Shown in pieces: positions 51,041-60,570 of a DNA stretch of 64,000 nt (within the stretch, counting starts at the first letter, position 1; each line of letters opens with the position of its first letter). The stretch comes from Polyangiaceae bacterium (GTDB lineage Bacteria > Myxococcota_A > Polyangia > Polyangiales > Polyangiaceae). The notes beneath the pieces are model-generated. The model worked only from the letters and a program-made list of their open reading frames with translations, made no database searches and was not told where the DNA came from. The stretch lies in assembly GCA_965222375.1 (NCBI GenBank), contig CBDCTZ010000016.1, positions 2,848,001-2,912,000 on the forward strand. The letters are read 5' to 3'. Position numbers and translations under genes: made by a program.

Positions 51041-53136
51041 TGGCGACGACAGGTAACACGCACTACAAGCTTGGTATCGACGTGGGCGGTACGTTCACGG
51101 ATCTGTTTCTTTGGTCTTCGAGCGGGGCGGTTGAGACCTTCAAGGTCTTGTCGACGCCGAAGGACCCGTCTGTGGGCGTCCTCAGCGGTCTGGAGACCAT
51201 CGCCAAAGCGAAGAACCTCGACACCAAAGCGTTCGCGGAGCGCGTCCGCACCATCGTGCACGGGACCACGGTGACCACGAACGCCGTGCTCACCCGCAAA
51301 GGTCCGAGTACGGGGCTGCTCACCACCCGCGGTGTGCGTGACGCCCTGGAAATGCGGCGAGGCATTCGCGAAGAGCAATACGACAACCGCTACCAAAATG
51401 TGGAGCCACTAGTGCCTCGCTACTTGCGCTTGGCGGTTGCGGGGCGACTGAATCGTGATGGCAAGGAAACGGAACCCCTTGATCTAGAGGATGTCCGAAG
51501 CGCCGTTGCCGAATTGAAGCAAGCGGGCGTGGAGGCGGTCGCAGTCTGCTTCATGAACTCTTTCGTGAACCCGGCACACGAGAAGGCCGTGGCGGAGGTG
51601 GTGCAGGCAGAGATGCCCACCGCCTTTCTGAGTGTTTCCAGCGACGTGCTACCGGTCATCCGCTTCTACAACCGCGTATCGACGACGGCCCTAAACGCCT
51701 TCAGTGGTCCGGTGCTCGATCGCTATCTGTCCAGCCTGACGGATCGGCTCGCCGCGTCTGGTTTCGGCGGCATCTTGCTGATCATGCAGTCCAGTGGCGG
51801 GGTTGCGTTGCCCGAAGTCACCCGAGCGCGGCCGGCGACCACCCTGCTGTCGGGGCCCGCCGCCGGCCCTCGTGCGGGACTCGAGTTCGCACAAGCGGCG
51901 GGCGCCGAGAGCTGCCTCGTGGTGGACATGGGCGGTACCAGCTTTGACGCCTCGCTGGTTCGGGATGGACGCGTGGAATTGAAGTCTGAAGGAGAGATCG
52001 CCAGGCTTCGTACGGCCTTGCCCATGCTGGACATCGTCACCATCGGCGCCGGAGGTGGAAGTGTTGGCTGGCTCGACGGCGGTGGGCTGTTGCGCATGGG
52101 TCCCCAATCCGCCGGAGCGGACCCGGGCCCCGCCTGCTACGGCCGCGGTGGAAAACTGCCGACCTGCACGGACGCCAATGTGCTGCTCGGCTTCTTGGAT
52201 CTCGATTCGTTTGCGGGTGGCGAGCTCAAGCTCGATCGCGCTCGGGCAGAGGCGGCCATCGACACCCACGTCGGCAAAGCTCTGAAGCTCAGCGCCGAGC
52301 GGGCGGCGGTCGGCATGTACCGAGTGATCAACTCCAACATGGCCCATGGTGTGCGTGAAATCACCATCAAGCGCGGGCTCGATCCTCGGGAGTTTCCCAT
52401 GGTCATTGCCGGTGGGGCGGGTGGCGTGCACGCCTGTCAGATCGCCGCCGAGCTCGATATCTCGAAGATAATCGTGCCAGCCTTCGCATCGACTCTATGC
52501 GCCACGGGCATGTTGCTCACGGATTTGGCCCACGACTACGTACGCTCCGCAGTCTGTCTGCTCGACGCCGCGGCATTGGGCTCCGTCGCCAGTCTCGTTC
52601 AGGAAATGTCGGCCGAGGGCGAAAGCGCCTTGGAGCAAGAGGGAGTGCCCAAAGAGCGGCGCGCCCACGAGATCGCCCTCGATATACGTTACGCCAAGCA
52701 GTACCACGAGGTCAGCGTCCGGGTGAGCGGGGACGCGCTGGCCACTGGGAATTTGGAGCAGATCAGCGAACCATTCCATGCCGAACACGATCGGCTGTAC
52801 GGCTACAATCTGCGCGAGCAGGGCACGCCGCTACAGCTCATCAACGTGCGAGTGCGTTCTGTGGGGCGAGTGGAGCCGCCGGGGATGCCGCGTGTCGAGG
52901 CGGGCGGTCAGGACCCCAGCGCAGCGCAAAGCGGACAGCGGCGCGCATTCGTGCCTGAGCGGGATGACTTCGCGCCTCTGCCGGTGTTCGACGGGCACAG
53001 GCTGCGCGCCGGCAACGTGGTGCAGGGGCCGGCGTTGATCGAGCGCACAGACACGACGTTCTTCGTGACCGAAAACTACGTTGCTCACATCGACCAGAAT
53101 GGAACAGCAGTCGTCGAACGAAGGGTAGGTGCTTGA
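51037..53136 (+). CDS. Hydantoinase A/oxoprolinase ATP-binding subunit
   Basis: DVGGTFTD, HGTT, SGPAAG, DMGGTSFD, GAGGGS. Confidence 0.93.
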   Translation: MMATTGNTHYKLGIDVGGTFTDLFLWSSSGAVETFKVLSTPKDPSVGVLSGLETIAKAKNLDTKAFAERVRTIVHGTTVTTNAVLTRKGPSTGLLTTRGVRDALEMRRGIREEQYDNRYQNVEPLVPRYLRLAVAGRLNRDGKETEPLDLEDVRSAVAELKQAGVEAVAVCFMNSFVNPAHEKAVAEVVQAEMPTAFLSVSSDVLPVIRFYNRVSTTALNAFSGPVLDRYLSSLTDRLAASGFGGILLIMQSSGGVALPEVTRARPATTLLSGPAAGPRAGLEFAQAAGAESCLVVDMGGTSFDASLVRDGRVELKSEGEIARLRTALPMLDIVTIGAGGGSVGWLDGGGLLRMGPQSAGADPGPACYGRGGKLPTCTDANVLLGFLDLDSFAGGELKLDRARAEAAIDTHVGKALKLSAERAAVGMYRVINSNMAHGVREITIKRGLDPREFPMVIAGGAGGVHACQIAAELDISKIIVPAFASTLCATGMLLTDLAHDYVRSAVCLLDAAALGSVASLVQEMSAEGESALEQEGVPKERRAHEIALDIRYAKQYHEVSVRVSGDALATGNLEQISEPFHAEHDRLYGYNLREQGTPLQLINVRVRSVGRVEPPGMPRVEAGGQDPSAAQSGQRRAFVPERDDFAPLPVFDGHRLRAGNVVQGPALIERTDTTFFVTENYVAHIDQNGTAVVERRVGA

Positions 53137-54875
53137 TGGGCGTCGAGATCGATCCCGTTTTGGTCAGCATTCTCGGCCGCGCGTTGCGCGCGATCACGGA
53201 TGAAATGAGCATCAGCGTCGAAAAGACCGCGCGTTCTCCAATCCTGTGTGAAGCGCGGGATTTCGTCACCGGTCTATACGACGCCGAGGGACGCATGCTC
53301 GAGCAGACGGAGAATCTACCGATTCTCAGCTTCTCCCTCTCGCCGGTGTGCGAGTTCATCGCGAAACGCTTCAAGGGTAACGTCTTCCCCGGAGACGTCT
53401 TCTTTCACAATGACGTCTTTTCCCTCGGCAATCAGAACAACGACGTGGCTGCTTTCAAGCCGATCTTCGTGGAGGACACCCTCGTGGCGTGGGCCGCATG
53501 CAAGGGCCATCAGGCCGACATCGGTGGAGCCGTGCGCGGGGGTTACAACCCGAACGCTACGGAAGTCTGGCAGGAAGCCTTGCGCATTCCCGCGGTGAAG
53601 GTCGTCGAACGAGGCAAACTACGCCAGGACGTCTGGGACCTCATCTTCGCCAACATCCGTCTGACCATCGTGCAGGAGGACATGCGGGCGCAAATGGGCT
53701 CGTGCACTGTCGGCGAGCGGCGGCTGCAGACTTTGATCGAAAAGTACGGTCTAGAGGTCTTCGAGGCTCACAAGGAGGCGTTGTTCGCTTCGACTCAGAA
53801 GATGATGGAGGCCGAAATCCGGTCCATCCCAAACGGCGAGTACCGCGGCGAAGCCAAGGTCTACTACGACGGGAAGAACCCTGGCTCCGAGTATACGATC
53901 CGCGTTCGGATCAATGTCGAGGATGCGAAGATCAGCTTTGACTACTCGGAAACGGATCCGCAAACGACGGGTTTCGTCAACGGCACCTACACCTCGAGTG
54001 CGTCGGCCACCGTATTGACCTTCTTGCAGATGGTGAGCCCGGACATTCCGCACAACCACGGCATGGTGGCTCCTCTCGACATCATCATCCCCGAAGGCAC
54101 ACTGCTCAACGCCGCCTACCCGGCTGCAACGACCTTCGGCAACCACCTGTGCCCGCCCAATGCAGATGCCATCATTCGTGCCCTCGCACCTGTGATTCCA
54201 GAGCGCGTGACGGCCGGTTGGAATCAGTTGCTTTGCTCCCTTTCCACAGGTTCCGACGACGAAAAGCAGGACACCTACGTGGACATCTTCTTCATGGGCC
54301 TCAAGGGCGGCTCTGGCGCGACCAGCGATTGCGATGGCTACGACCACATCGGCATGATCGACGCGTCTGGGGGAGTGCTCGACCAGGACTACGAGATGTT
54401 CGAGCAGATGACGCCCCACTCGCTCATCGAGCACGAGTTCCTGTGCGACTCCGCCGGCCCTGGACAGTATCGCGGTGGGCTCGGCGTGCGTTCCCGTTAC
54501 CGAGTCGGAGGCTCCGGGACCAAGGTGGTCGTTTTCGGTGATGGTGACGTCGAGCCTTCCTTTGGATTGCAAGGCGGTGGTTCCGGCAGTCTCAACAAGA
54601 TCGAACTCGCGTTTCCGGATGGGACGACGCGGACGGCTCTGAGCAAAGACTTGATCGAGGATGTGCCGGCCGGCACTGAGTACGTCCAGGAGGCCGGTGG
54701 CGGCGGTGGTTACGGTCCACCGCAAGCGCGTCCCGCCGAAACCGTGCAACGGGAAGTACGTGACGGCATCATCTCCGTCGCCACTGCACGCGAGCACTAC
54801 GCGGTAGTGCTCGACCCGAGCACTTTGGAGCTCGATGTTGCGGCCACGGCGTCTCTGCGCGGAGGAGCGGGCTGA
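53136..54875 (+). CDS. Hydantoinase B/oxoprolinase metal-binding subunit
   Basis: ARSP...EARD, HQADIGG, DSAGPG.YRGG, GGGGYG. Confidence 0.93.
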   Translation: MGVEIDPVLVSILGRALRAITDEMSISVEKTARSPILCEARDFVTGLYDAEGRMLEQTENLPILSFSLSPVCEFIAKRFKGNVFPGDVFFHNDVFSLGNQNNDVAAFKPIFVEDTLVAWAACKGHQADIGGAVRGGYNPNATEVWQEALRIPAVKVVERGKLRQDVWDLIFANIRLTIVQEDMRAQMGSCTVGERRLQTLIEKYGLEVFEAHKEALFASTQKMMEAEIRSIPNGEYRGEAKVYYDGKNPGSEYTIRVRINVEDAKISFDYSETDPQTTGFVNGTYTSSASATVLTFLQMVSPDIPHNHGMVAPLDIIIPEGTLLNAAYPAATTFGNHLCPPNADAIIRALAPVIPERVTAGWNQLLCSLSTGSDDEKQDTYVDIFFMGLKGGSGATSDCDGYDHIGMIDASGGVLDQDYEMFEQMTPHSLIEHEFLCDSAGPGQYRGGLGVRSRYRVGGSGTKVVVFGDGDVEPSFGLQGGGSGSLNKIELAFPDGTTRTALSKDLIEDVPAGTEYVQEAGGGGGYGPPQARPAETVQREVRDGIISVATAREHYAVVLDPSTLELDVAATASLRGGAG

Positions 54876-55990
54876 TGGACTTTGCTCTGACCGAGGAGCA
54901 GACCCAGGTCCAAAAGACCTTCCACGACTTCGCGCAGCGGGAGATCCGGCCGCGCGCGCGCTCACTGGACGAAGCTCCGGAGTTTCCTCGAGAGTTGTTC
55001 GGAAAAGTCGGTGACCTCGGCTTCTTTGGCATGCGCTACCCGCCGCCGGAGGGCTCCGGCGCGAGTGTTCTGACCTACGTTCTCGCGGTCGAGGAGCTGG
55101 CCTGGGGCAGCCTGAGTGTCGCCGCTGCTTGCACCATGCAGTCCTTGATGGGCACGCACTTCTTGCAGCGCTTTGCCCCCCCGGATGTGCGCGAGCGCCT
55201 GCTAGCCCCAGCGCTGAGAGGTGAAAAGATCGGCACCATTTGCATGACCGAACCCGGCGCGGGCAGTGACCTCTTCGCCATGCAGACCCGCGCCACCGAA
55301 GGCGGAGGCAAGTATCGACTAACTGGCTCCAAGACCTGGATCACCTCCGCACCCGTCGCGGATTTCTTCACGGTGCTCGCCCGAACCGGAGAAAAATCCC
55401 TAGGGGTTTTTCTCGTGGAGCAGGGTGCGACGGGCCTAACCGTTGGCAAGAGCATCGAAAAAATGGGAGTGCGCGCCTCCCTGACCAGTGAGGTCTACCT
55501 GGAAGGCGCTGAGGCCACGTGCGCGTTGGGCGAGCCGCAGCAGGGCACGACTTACCTCAAAGAAATCCTCGCGGAGATCCGCGTCATGACGGCCGGGCTA
55601 GCCCTTGGAGTCGGCCGCGCCGCATTCGAAGAAGCCCGGGCTTGGGCCCAGGAGCGCAGTCAATTCGGCAAACCCATCGAGCGGCACCAAGCGGTTGCCG
55701 CACACCTTGCCGACATGGCCGTTGAACTCGAAGCGGCACGTCGGCTGACCTACTGGGCGGCGTGGCGCAGTGACCAGAAGATGCCGAACGCGCGCGTAGC
55801 CTCCATGGCGAAGCTGTTTGCGTCGGAGGCCGCGCTTGCCGTGTGCGACCGGGCTGCGCGCGTCCTGGCGAGCTATGGCTTTTCGGCGGAAAGCGGCGTG
55901 CAGCGCTACCTTCGGGACTGTCGCTTCTTGTTGATCGGTGGTGGCACGTCGGAAATCTTGCGAGTGAACATAGCGAGGGAGCTGCCGTGA
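54875..55990 (+). CDS. Acyl-CoA dehydrogenase
   Basis: MTEPGAGSD, GSKTWIT, RSQFGKPI, IGGGTSEI. Confidence 0.95.
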   Translation: MDFALTEEQTQVQKTFHDFAQREIRPRARSLDEAPEFPRELFGKVGDLGFFGMRYPPPEGSGASVLTYVLAVEELAWGSLSVAAACTMQSLMGTHFLQRFAPPDVRERLLAPALRGEKIGTICMTEPGAGSDLFAMQTRATEGGGKYRLTGSKTWITSAPVADFFTVLARTGEKSLGVFLVEQGATGLTVGKSIEKMGVRASLTSEVYLEGAEATCALGEPQQGTTYLKEILAEIRVMTAGLALGVGRAAFEEARAWAQERSQFGKPIERHQAVAAHLADMAVELEAARRLTYWAAWRSDQKMPNARVASMAKLFASEAALAVCDRAARVLASYGFSAESGVQRYLRDCRFLLIGGGTSEILRVNIARELP

Positions 55991-56382
55991 GCAAGAAGGT
56001 GCGCGTACTCGTCGCCAAGCCCGGGCTGGACGGGCACGACGTTGGAGCGAAACTCGTCTGCCGTGCGCTGATGCAAGCCGGCATGGAGGTCATCTACAGC
56101 GGTCTTCGACAGTCGCCGGCTGCCATCGCAAACACCGCGCTGCAGGAAGACGTGGACGTCATCGGATTGTCGGTCTTGTCCGGGGCACACCTGCCGCTGG
56201 TTACCAAGGTTCGGCAAGAGATGGAGCGTGCTGGCGTTGCAGACAAGATGCTCATCGTCGGTGGCAACGTACCGAAGCCCGATCACGAGGCACTGCGTCG
56301 AGAAGGTGTCGCGGAAGTGTTCCCGACCGGGACGCCGTTTTCCGACGTCGTGGACTTTCTGCGCCGAGAGGTGAGCACGTGA
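55987..56382 (+). CDS. Cobalamin-binding small subunit of acyl-CoA mutase
   Basis: KPGLDGHDVG (DxHxxG), GLSVLSGAH, GG. Confidence 0.93.
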   Translation: MSKKVRVLVAKPGLDGHDVGAKLVCRALMQAGMEVIYSGLRQSPAAIANTALQEDVDVIGLSVLSGAHLPLVTKVRQEMERAGVADKMLIVGGNVPKPDHEALRREGVAEVFPTGTPFSDVVDFLRREVST

Positions 56383-57980
56383 GTGAGAAGGAGCCAGGAA
56401 GGGTGATCTGGGAGTCCGGGATCGAGATTGCGCCGGTCTACACTCCCGAGCATCTCGAGCAGAGCGGCGGTGTGGCCGATCTGGGTGAGCCTGGGAAGTT
56501 CCCCTTCACGCGGGGGATCCATCCCGAGATGTATCGCAAGCGGCCTTGGACCATGCGCCAGTACTCTGGCTTCGGTACGGCCAAGGAAACCCACGAGCGA
56601 TTCCTGTACTTGATCGAGAACGGTCAGACCGGGCTCAACGTAGCTTTCGATCTTCCCACCCAGTGCGGCCTCGACTCCGACGACGCGATGGCTGAGGGCG
56701 AAGTGGGTCGCGTGGGCATGGCGGTGGATACGCTTGCGGACATGGAGGAAGCCTTCGACGGGATCGACCTCAATCGCATCACCGTGTCGCTCACCATCAA
56801 CGGTGCGGCTGTGCCGATCATGGCGATGTACTTCGCCATGGCCGAGAAGCGAGGCTTCGCCTTGAGCGAACTCCGGGGCACGGCCCAAAACGACATCCTC
56901 AAGGAGTTCATCGGGCGCGGTACATGGATATATCCCGTGGAGCCTTCGATGCGCTTGGTGGGCGATACCATCGAGTTCTGCGCCGAGAACGTGCCGCGCT
57001 ACAGCCCGGTCAGCGTGTGCGGCTATCACGTGCGCGAGTCCGGCGCGACGCCAGTGCAAGAAATGGCCTACGGCCTGGCCATGGCGCGTGCCTATGTGGA
57101 CCACGTCAAGGAACGCGGGCTTTCCGTGGACAAATTTGCTGGCGGCCTGTCCTTCAATTTCAACATCCACGGCAACATTTGGGAGCAGGTTGCCAAGTTT
57201 CGCGCCGGGCGTCGCCTGTGGGCGAAGATCTTGAAAGACGAATATGGCGCTCAGAACCCGCGCACGATGCAGTTGCGCATGATCGCGGGTGGTGGCGGCG
57301 GCGGTCTGACGATTCAACAACCCGAAAACAACATCGTGCGTGGCGCCTACTACGCACTGATTAGCGCTCTGTCGGGAACGCAGACGATGGCGCTCTGTTC
57401 CTACGACGAGGCGTACACGATTCCGAGCGAACATGCGGCGCGGATCTCCCTCCGCACCATGCAGATCTTGATGAAGGAAATGGGGCTCTGCGACACCGTC
57501 GACCCCCTAGGCGGGTCCTACTTCATCGAGACCATGACCAACGAAATGGAGCGACGCATCGCCGGTGAACTCTCGCGCCTCGACGCAGAGGGAGGCATCG
57601 TGAGAGCCGTGGCCGAGGGGCGCGTGCAAGCCGACGTCAACCGTCAAGCCTTCGAGAGCGAATGCAGAATCCAGAACGGTGAAACCCCCAAGGTTGGCGT
57701 CAACTGCTTCGTCGAAGCCGAAGAGGAACGGCCTGTGGAGTTCCATCCCTACCGGGTGGAGGAGGCCAATTCTCAGATATCGCGCTTGAAGGAGATCCGC
57801 GGCAAGCGTGATGCCTCGGCGGTGCGGGCGTGCCTGGCCTCTCTTCGCGACGACGCCGCGGAAGGCAGAAATGTGATGCCGAGCACGCTTTCCTGCGTGA
57901 AGGCCTACGCCACCGTGGGCGAAATCTGCGGCGTGCTCAAAGAAGTGTTTGGCACTTATCAAGAGCCGATCCGGTTCTGA
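56379..57980 (+). CDS. Adenosylcobalamin-dependent acyl-CoA mutase large subunit (MCM family, divergent active site)
   Basis: PFTRG, WTMRQY, FDLPTQ, QNDILKE, GYH, DPLGGSY. Confidence 0.93.
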   Translation: MSEKEPGRVIWESGIEIAPVYTPEHLEQSGGVADLGEPGKFPFTRGIHPEMYRKRPWTMRQYSGFGTAKETHERFLYLIENGQTGLNVAFDLPTQCGLDSDDAMAEGEVGRVGMAVDTLADMEEAFDGIDLNRITVSLTINGAAVPIMAMYFAMAEKRGFALSELRGTAQNDILKEFIGRGTWIYPVEPSMRLVGDTIEFCAENVPRYSPVSVCGYHVRESGATPVQEMAYGLAMARAYVDHVKERGLSVDKFAGGLSFNFNIHGNIWEQVAKFRAGRRLWAKILKDEYGAQNPRTMQLRMIAGGGGGGLTIQQPENNIVRGAYYALISALSGTQTMALCSYDEAYTIPSEHAARISLRTMQILMKEMGLCDTVDPLGGSYFIETMTNEMERRIAGELSRLDAEGGIVRAVAEGRVQADVNRQAFESECRIQNGETPKVGVNCFVEAEEERPVEFHPYRVEEANSQISRLKEIRGKRDASAVRACLASLRDDAAEGRNVMPSTLSCVKAYATVGEICGVLKEVFGTYQEPIRF

Positions 57981-57986
57981 GGGACC

Positions 57987-59210
57987 ATGGCAGACCAGAA
58001 CGAGAGAAAACCACAGCCAGTTGTCATCAGCGTCGAGCAGGCGCTGAGCATGAGCTACGCCACGCTGCGGTTTGCGCACTTGGGCTGGCGTGTGATTCGT
58101 GTCGAGGCAACGGCGGCGGCGGGTCGCAAGACGCCGGGGGACCCCAACCGCTATATTGGACGACCAACGGCCGGTGAAGATCGCCACAGCTATTTCGTTG
58201 CGCCCAACGTTGCGAAGCAAGCCATCGCGTTGAATCTCAAGGAAGCCCGAGGGCGGGAAGTGCTGCAGCGACTCATCACCGAACTCGACGTGGATGTGTT
58301 CTGCACCAACACCATGCCCGCGCGCCACCAAACTCTGGGTTTGGACTACGCGAGTCTGTCGAAGCTGCGTCCAGAGCTCGTGTGGTGTTGCATCTCCGCT
58401 TTGGGGCTGGCGTATCCCGACGTGCCCGGCTACGACCCCGTGTTGCAGGCGTTGACGGGGTACATGGACCTGACCGGGGAAGCGGATGGGCCGCCGCTGC
58501 AGTGCGGGCCGCCCATCATCGATCTAAAGGCCGGCGACGAAGCCTTCTCGCAGGTGATTCTGGCTCTGTACGAACGTCAATCGAGCGGGCGGGGCAGGGC
58601 CATCGATATCTCCATGGCGCAGGTGGCGACCAGCTGGCTGATGACGTTTCTCCCCATGTTGGATATGGGGAGCCCGCCTGACGAAGTCCGGCGCAGCGGC
58701 AACCAACACCGGCAGTTCATCCCAACCAACGCCTACCCGACTCGGGATGGATTCATCTACATGGCGGTCGGCAGTGATGCCCAGTGGCAGCGGCTGGTGA
58801 AGACACAGCTCTTCGCCAGCCTCGCGCAGCCCGACTTGGCCAAGAACGAGGGTCGGCGGGCGCGCAAGGACTGGTTGCACAAGGCCATAGGAGAAATCAC
58901 TACGCAGCACGATAGCGGCGCCGTTGCGAAGTGCCTTGCGGAGGCGGCCATTCCCCACGCGCCCATCACGCCCGTCGAGGGAGTGATGGAGCTGGACTAC
59001 ATTGCCAAGGCCCTGCTGCGCACCCGCACCCCTGCGGGAGGTGAGATCCGTCTGCCGCCCCCAGCGGTTAGCACCGGTTGGCTGGAGCAGCACGGCCAGA
59101 ACCTGCCGTTCGCACCCGCCTATGGCGAGCACACGAACAGTGTGCTTGCCGAGGTGGGCATGACTGAAACCGTCATCAACGAGTTGAAGCGGGATGGTGT
59201 CGTTGCCTGA
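57987..59210 (+). CDS. Family III (CaiB/BaiF) CoA transferase
   Basis: G.RVIRVE, GDP.R, K..IALNLK, PGYD, IIDLKAG. Confidence 0.9.
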   Translation: MADQNERKPQPVVISVEQALSMSYATLRFAHLGWRVIRVEATAAAGRKTPGDPNRYIGRPTAGEDRHSYFVAPNVAKQAIALNLKEARGREVLQRLITELDVDVFCTNTMPARHQTLGLDYASLSKLRPELVWCCISALGLAYPDVPGYDPVLQALTGYMDLTGEADGPPLQCGPPIIDLKAGDEAFSQVILALYERQSSGRGRAIDISMAQVATSWLMTFLPMLDMGSPPDEVRRSGNQHRQFIPTNAYPTRDGFIYMAVGSDAQWQRLVKTQLFASLAQPDLAKNEGRRARKDWLHKAIGEITTQHDSGAVAKCLAEAAIPHAPITPVEGVMELDYIAKALLRTRTPAGGEIRLPPPAVSTGWLEQHGQNLPFAPAYGEHTNSVLAEVGMTETVINELKRDGVVA

Positions 59211-59230
59211 GCCAAGGAGAACTCACTTAG

Positions 59231-60091
59231 ATGTCCAGTTTCGAGTACTTCAGACCTACGAGCCTCGCTGAAGCGTTTTCACTGCAGCAGTCATCGCCGG
59301 GTGCTTGTTTCGTGGCGGGTGGGACGGACCTCCTGCTGCGGGTCCGCGAAGGTCGGCAGTCCCCCTCGGCCCTGATATCCCTACGCGGCCTGCGCGAGCT
59401 GGATGGCATTCGAGTTGGGGAGACCACGTCCATCGGCGCAATGACCCGAGTGGCTGACCTGCTCGCGAACGCTGACCTCGTCGCGACCTTCCCGGTGCTT
59501 CGAGTGGCTGCCCGCACGCTGGGCAGCGCGCAGATCCGCAACGTCGCGACCATCGGTGGCAACCTGATCAACGCCTCGCCTTGCGCTGACATGGCGCCAC
59601 CCCTTCTGGTGCACGACGCGCGGGTGTTGTTGCAGCGTGGTCAAGAGACCCGCGAACTGTCGCTTGCGGAGTTGTTTCTCGCGCCCGGCGAAACTCGGCT
59701 GCAGCCCGGCGAACTACTGAAGGCCATCCTGCTCGACCGTCCTGCCCCAGGGCGCCGAAGCAGCTTCACGAAGATACGCCGCGTCAGCATGGACATCAGC
59801 ATTGCCAGCGTGGCTGTGGCCCTGGACATGGAGGGTAGCCGTTGCGCTCGCGCGCGGGTGGCGGCCGGCTCCGTAGGGCCCCGGCCGCTGCGGCTGGTCG
59901 CGACCGAAGGATGCTTGGAGGGGGCCGAATTGGATGCAGACACAGTGGCGGGGGCGGCGGCGTGTGCAAGTGAGGAAGTCACGCCCATTACCGACGTGCG
60001 CAGCACGGTGGAGTATCGCCGACACATCATCGGCGTCTTGGTCGCCCGCGCCATCAGGGAGATTGCCCATGGAGGCTCAGCATGCGAGTAG
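59231..60091 (+). CDS. Xanthine dehydrogenase family FAD subunit
   Basis: AGGTDL, QIRNVATIGGN, ASPCAD. Confidence 0.93.
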   Translation: MSSFEYFRPTSLAEAFSLQQSSPGACFVAGGTDLLLRVREGRQSPSALISLRGLRELDGIRVGETTSIGAMTRVADLLANADLVATFPVLRVAARTLGSAQIRNVATIGGNLINASPCADMAPPLLVHDARVLLQRGQETRELSLAELFLAPGETRLQPGELLKAILLDRPAPGRRSSFTKIRRVSMDISIASVAVALDMEGSRCARARVAAGSVGPRPLRLVATEGCLEGAELDADTVAGAAACASEEVTPITDVRSTVEYRRHIIGVLVARAIREIAHGGSACE

Positions 60092-60570
60092 AGGCTGCAT
60101 TTCGCGTCAACGGCCAGACCGTCAACGCCTTCATCGAACCGAGCGCTCGCCTGATCGACGTCCTGCGGGGCCCGCTGGGCCTCACCGGCACCAAGGAAGG
60201 GTGCGGCAATGGCGAATGCGGCGCTTGCACCGTGATTGTCGATGGCCGCGCTGTCAACGCGTGCCTGTTTCCAGCCATGGAGGCGGCTGACAGCGAAATC
60301 ACCACCGTGGAAGGTCTAGTCGGCGCGGGTGGCGAGCTATCGGAAGTGCAGCGTGCGTTCGTGGAGGGGGGTGCGATCCAATGCGGGTTTTGCAGCCCGG
60401 GTATGATCATGAGCAGTACAGCACTGCTGGGCAACAACCCCGATCCAAGCGAAGAGGAAATCCGTGATGCGCTGGTGGGCAACCTGTGCCGCTGCACCGG
60501 CTACACACAAATAATCGACGCGGTGCGCTTGGCCGCGAAGCGTACTCGCAAACCAGCAGGTGGGTCATGA
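60082..60570 (+). CDS. Xanthine dehydrogenase family 2x[2Fe-2S] subunit
   Basis: GCGNGECGAC, QCGFC, NLCRCTGY. Confidence 0.95.
   Translation: MRVEAAFRVNGQTVNAFIEPSARLIDVLRGPLGLTGTKEGCGNGECGACTVIVDGRAVNACLFPAMEAADSEITTVEGLVGAGGELSEVQRAFVEGGAIQCGFCSPGMIMSSTALLGNNPDPSEEEIRDALVGNLCRCTGYTQIIDAVRLAAKRTRKPAGGS

Noticed and set aside
50941..54875. Acetone/acetophenone carboxylase
   Set aside because: No additional carboxylase subunits; context with Mo hydroxylase and mutase fits lactam hydrolysis better
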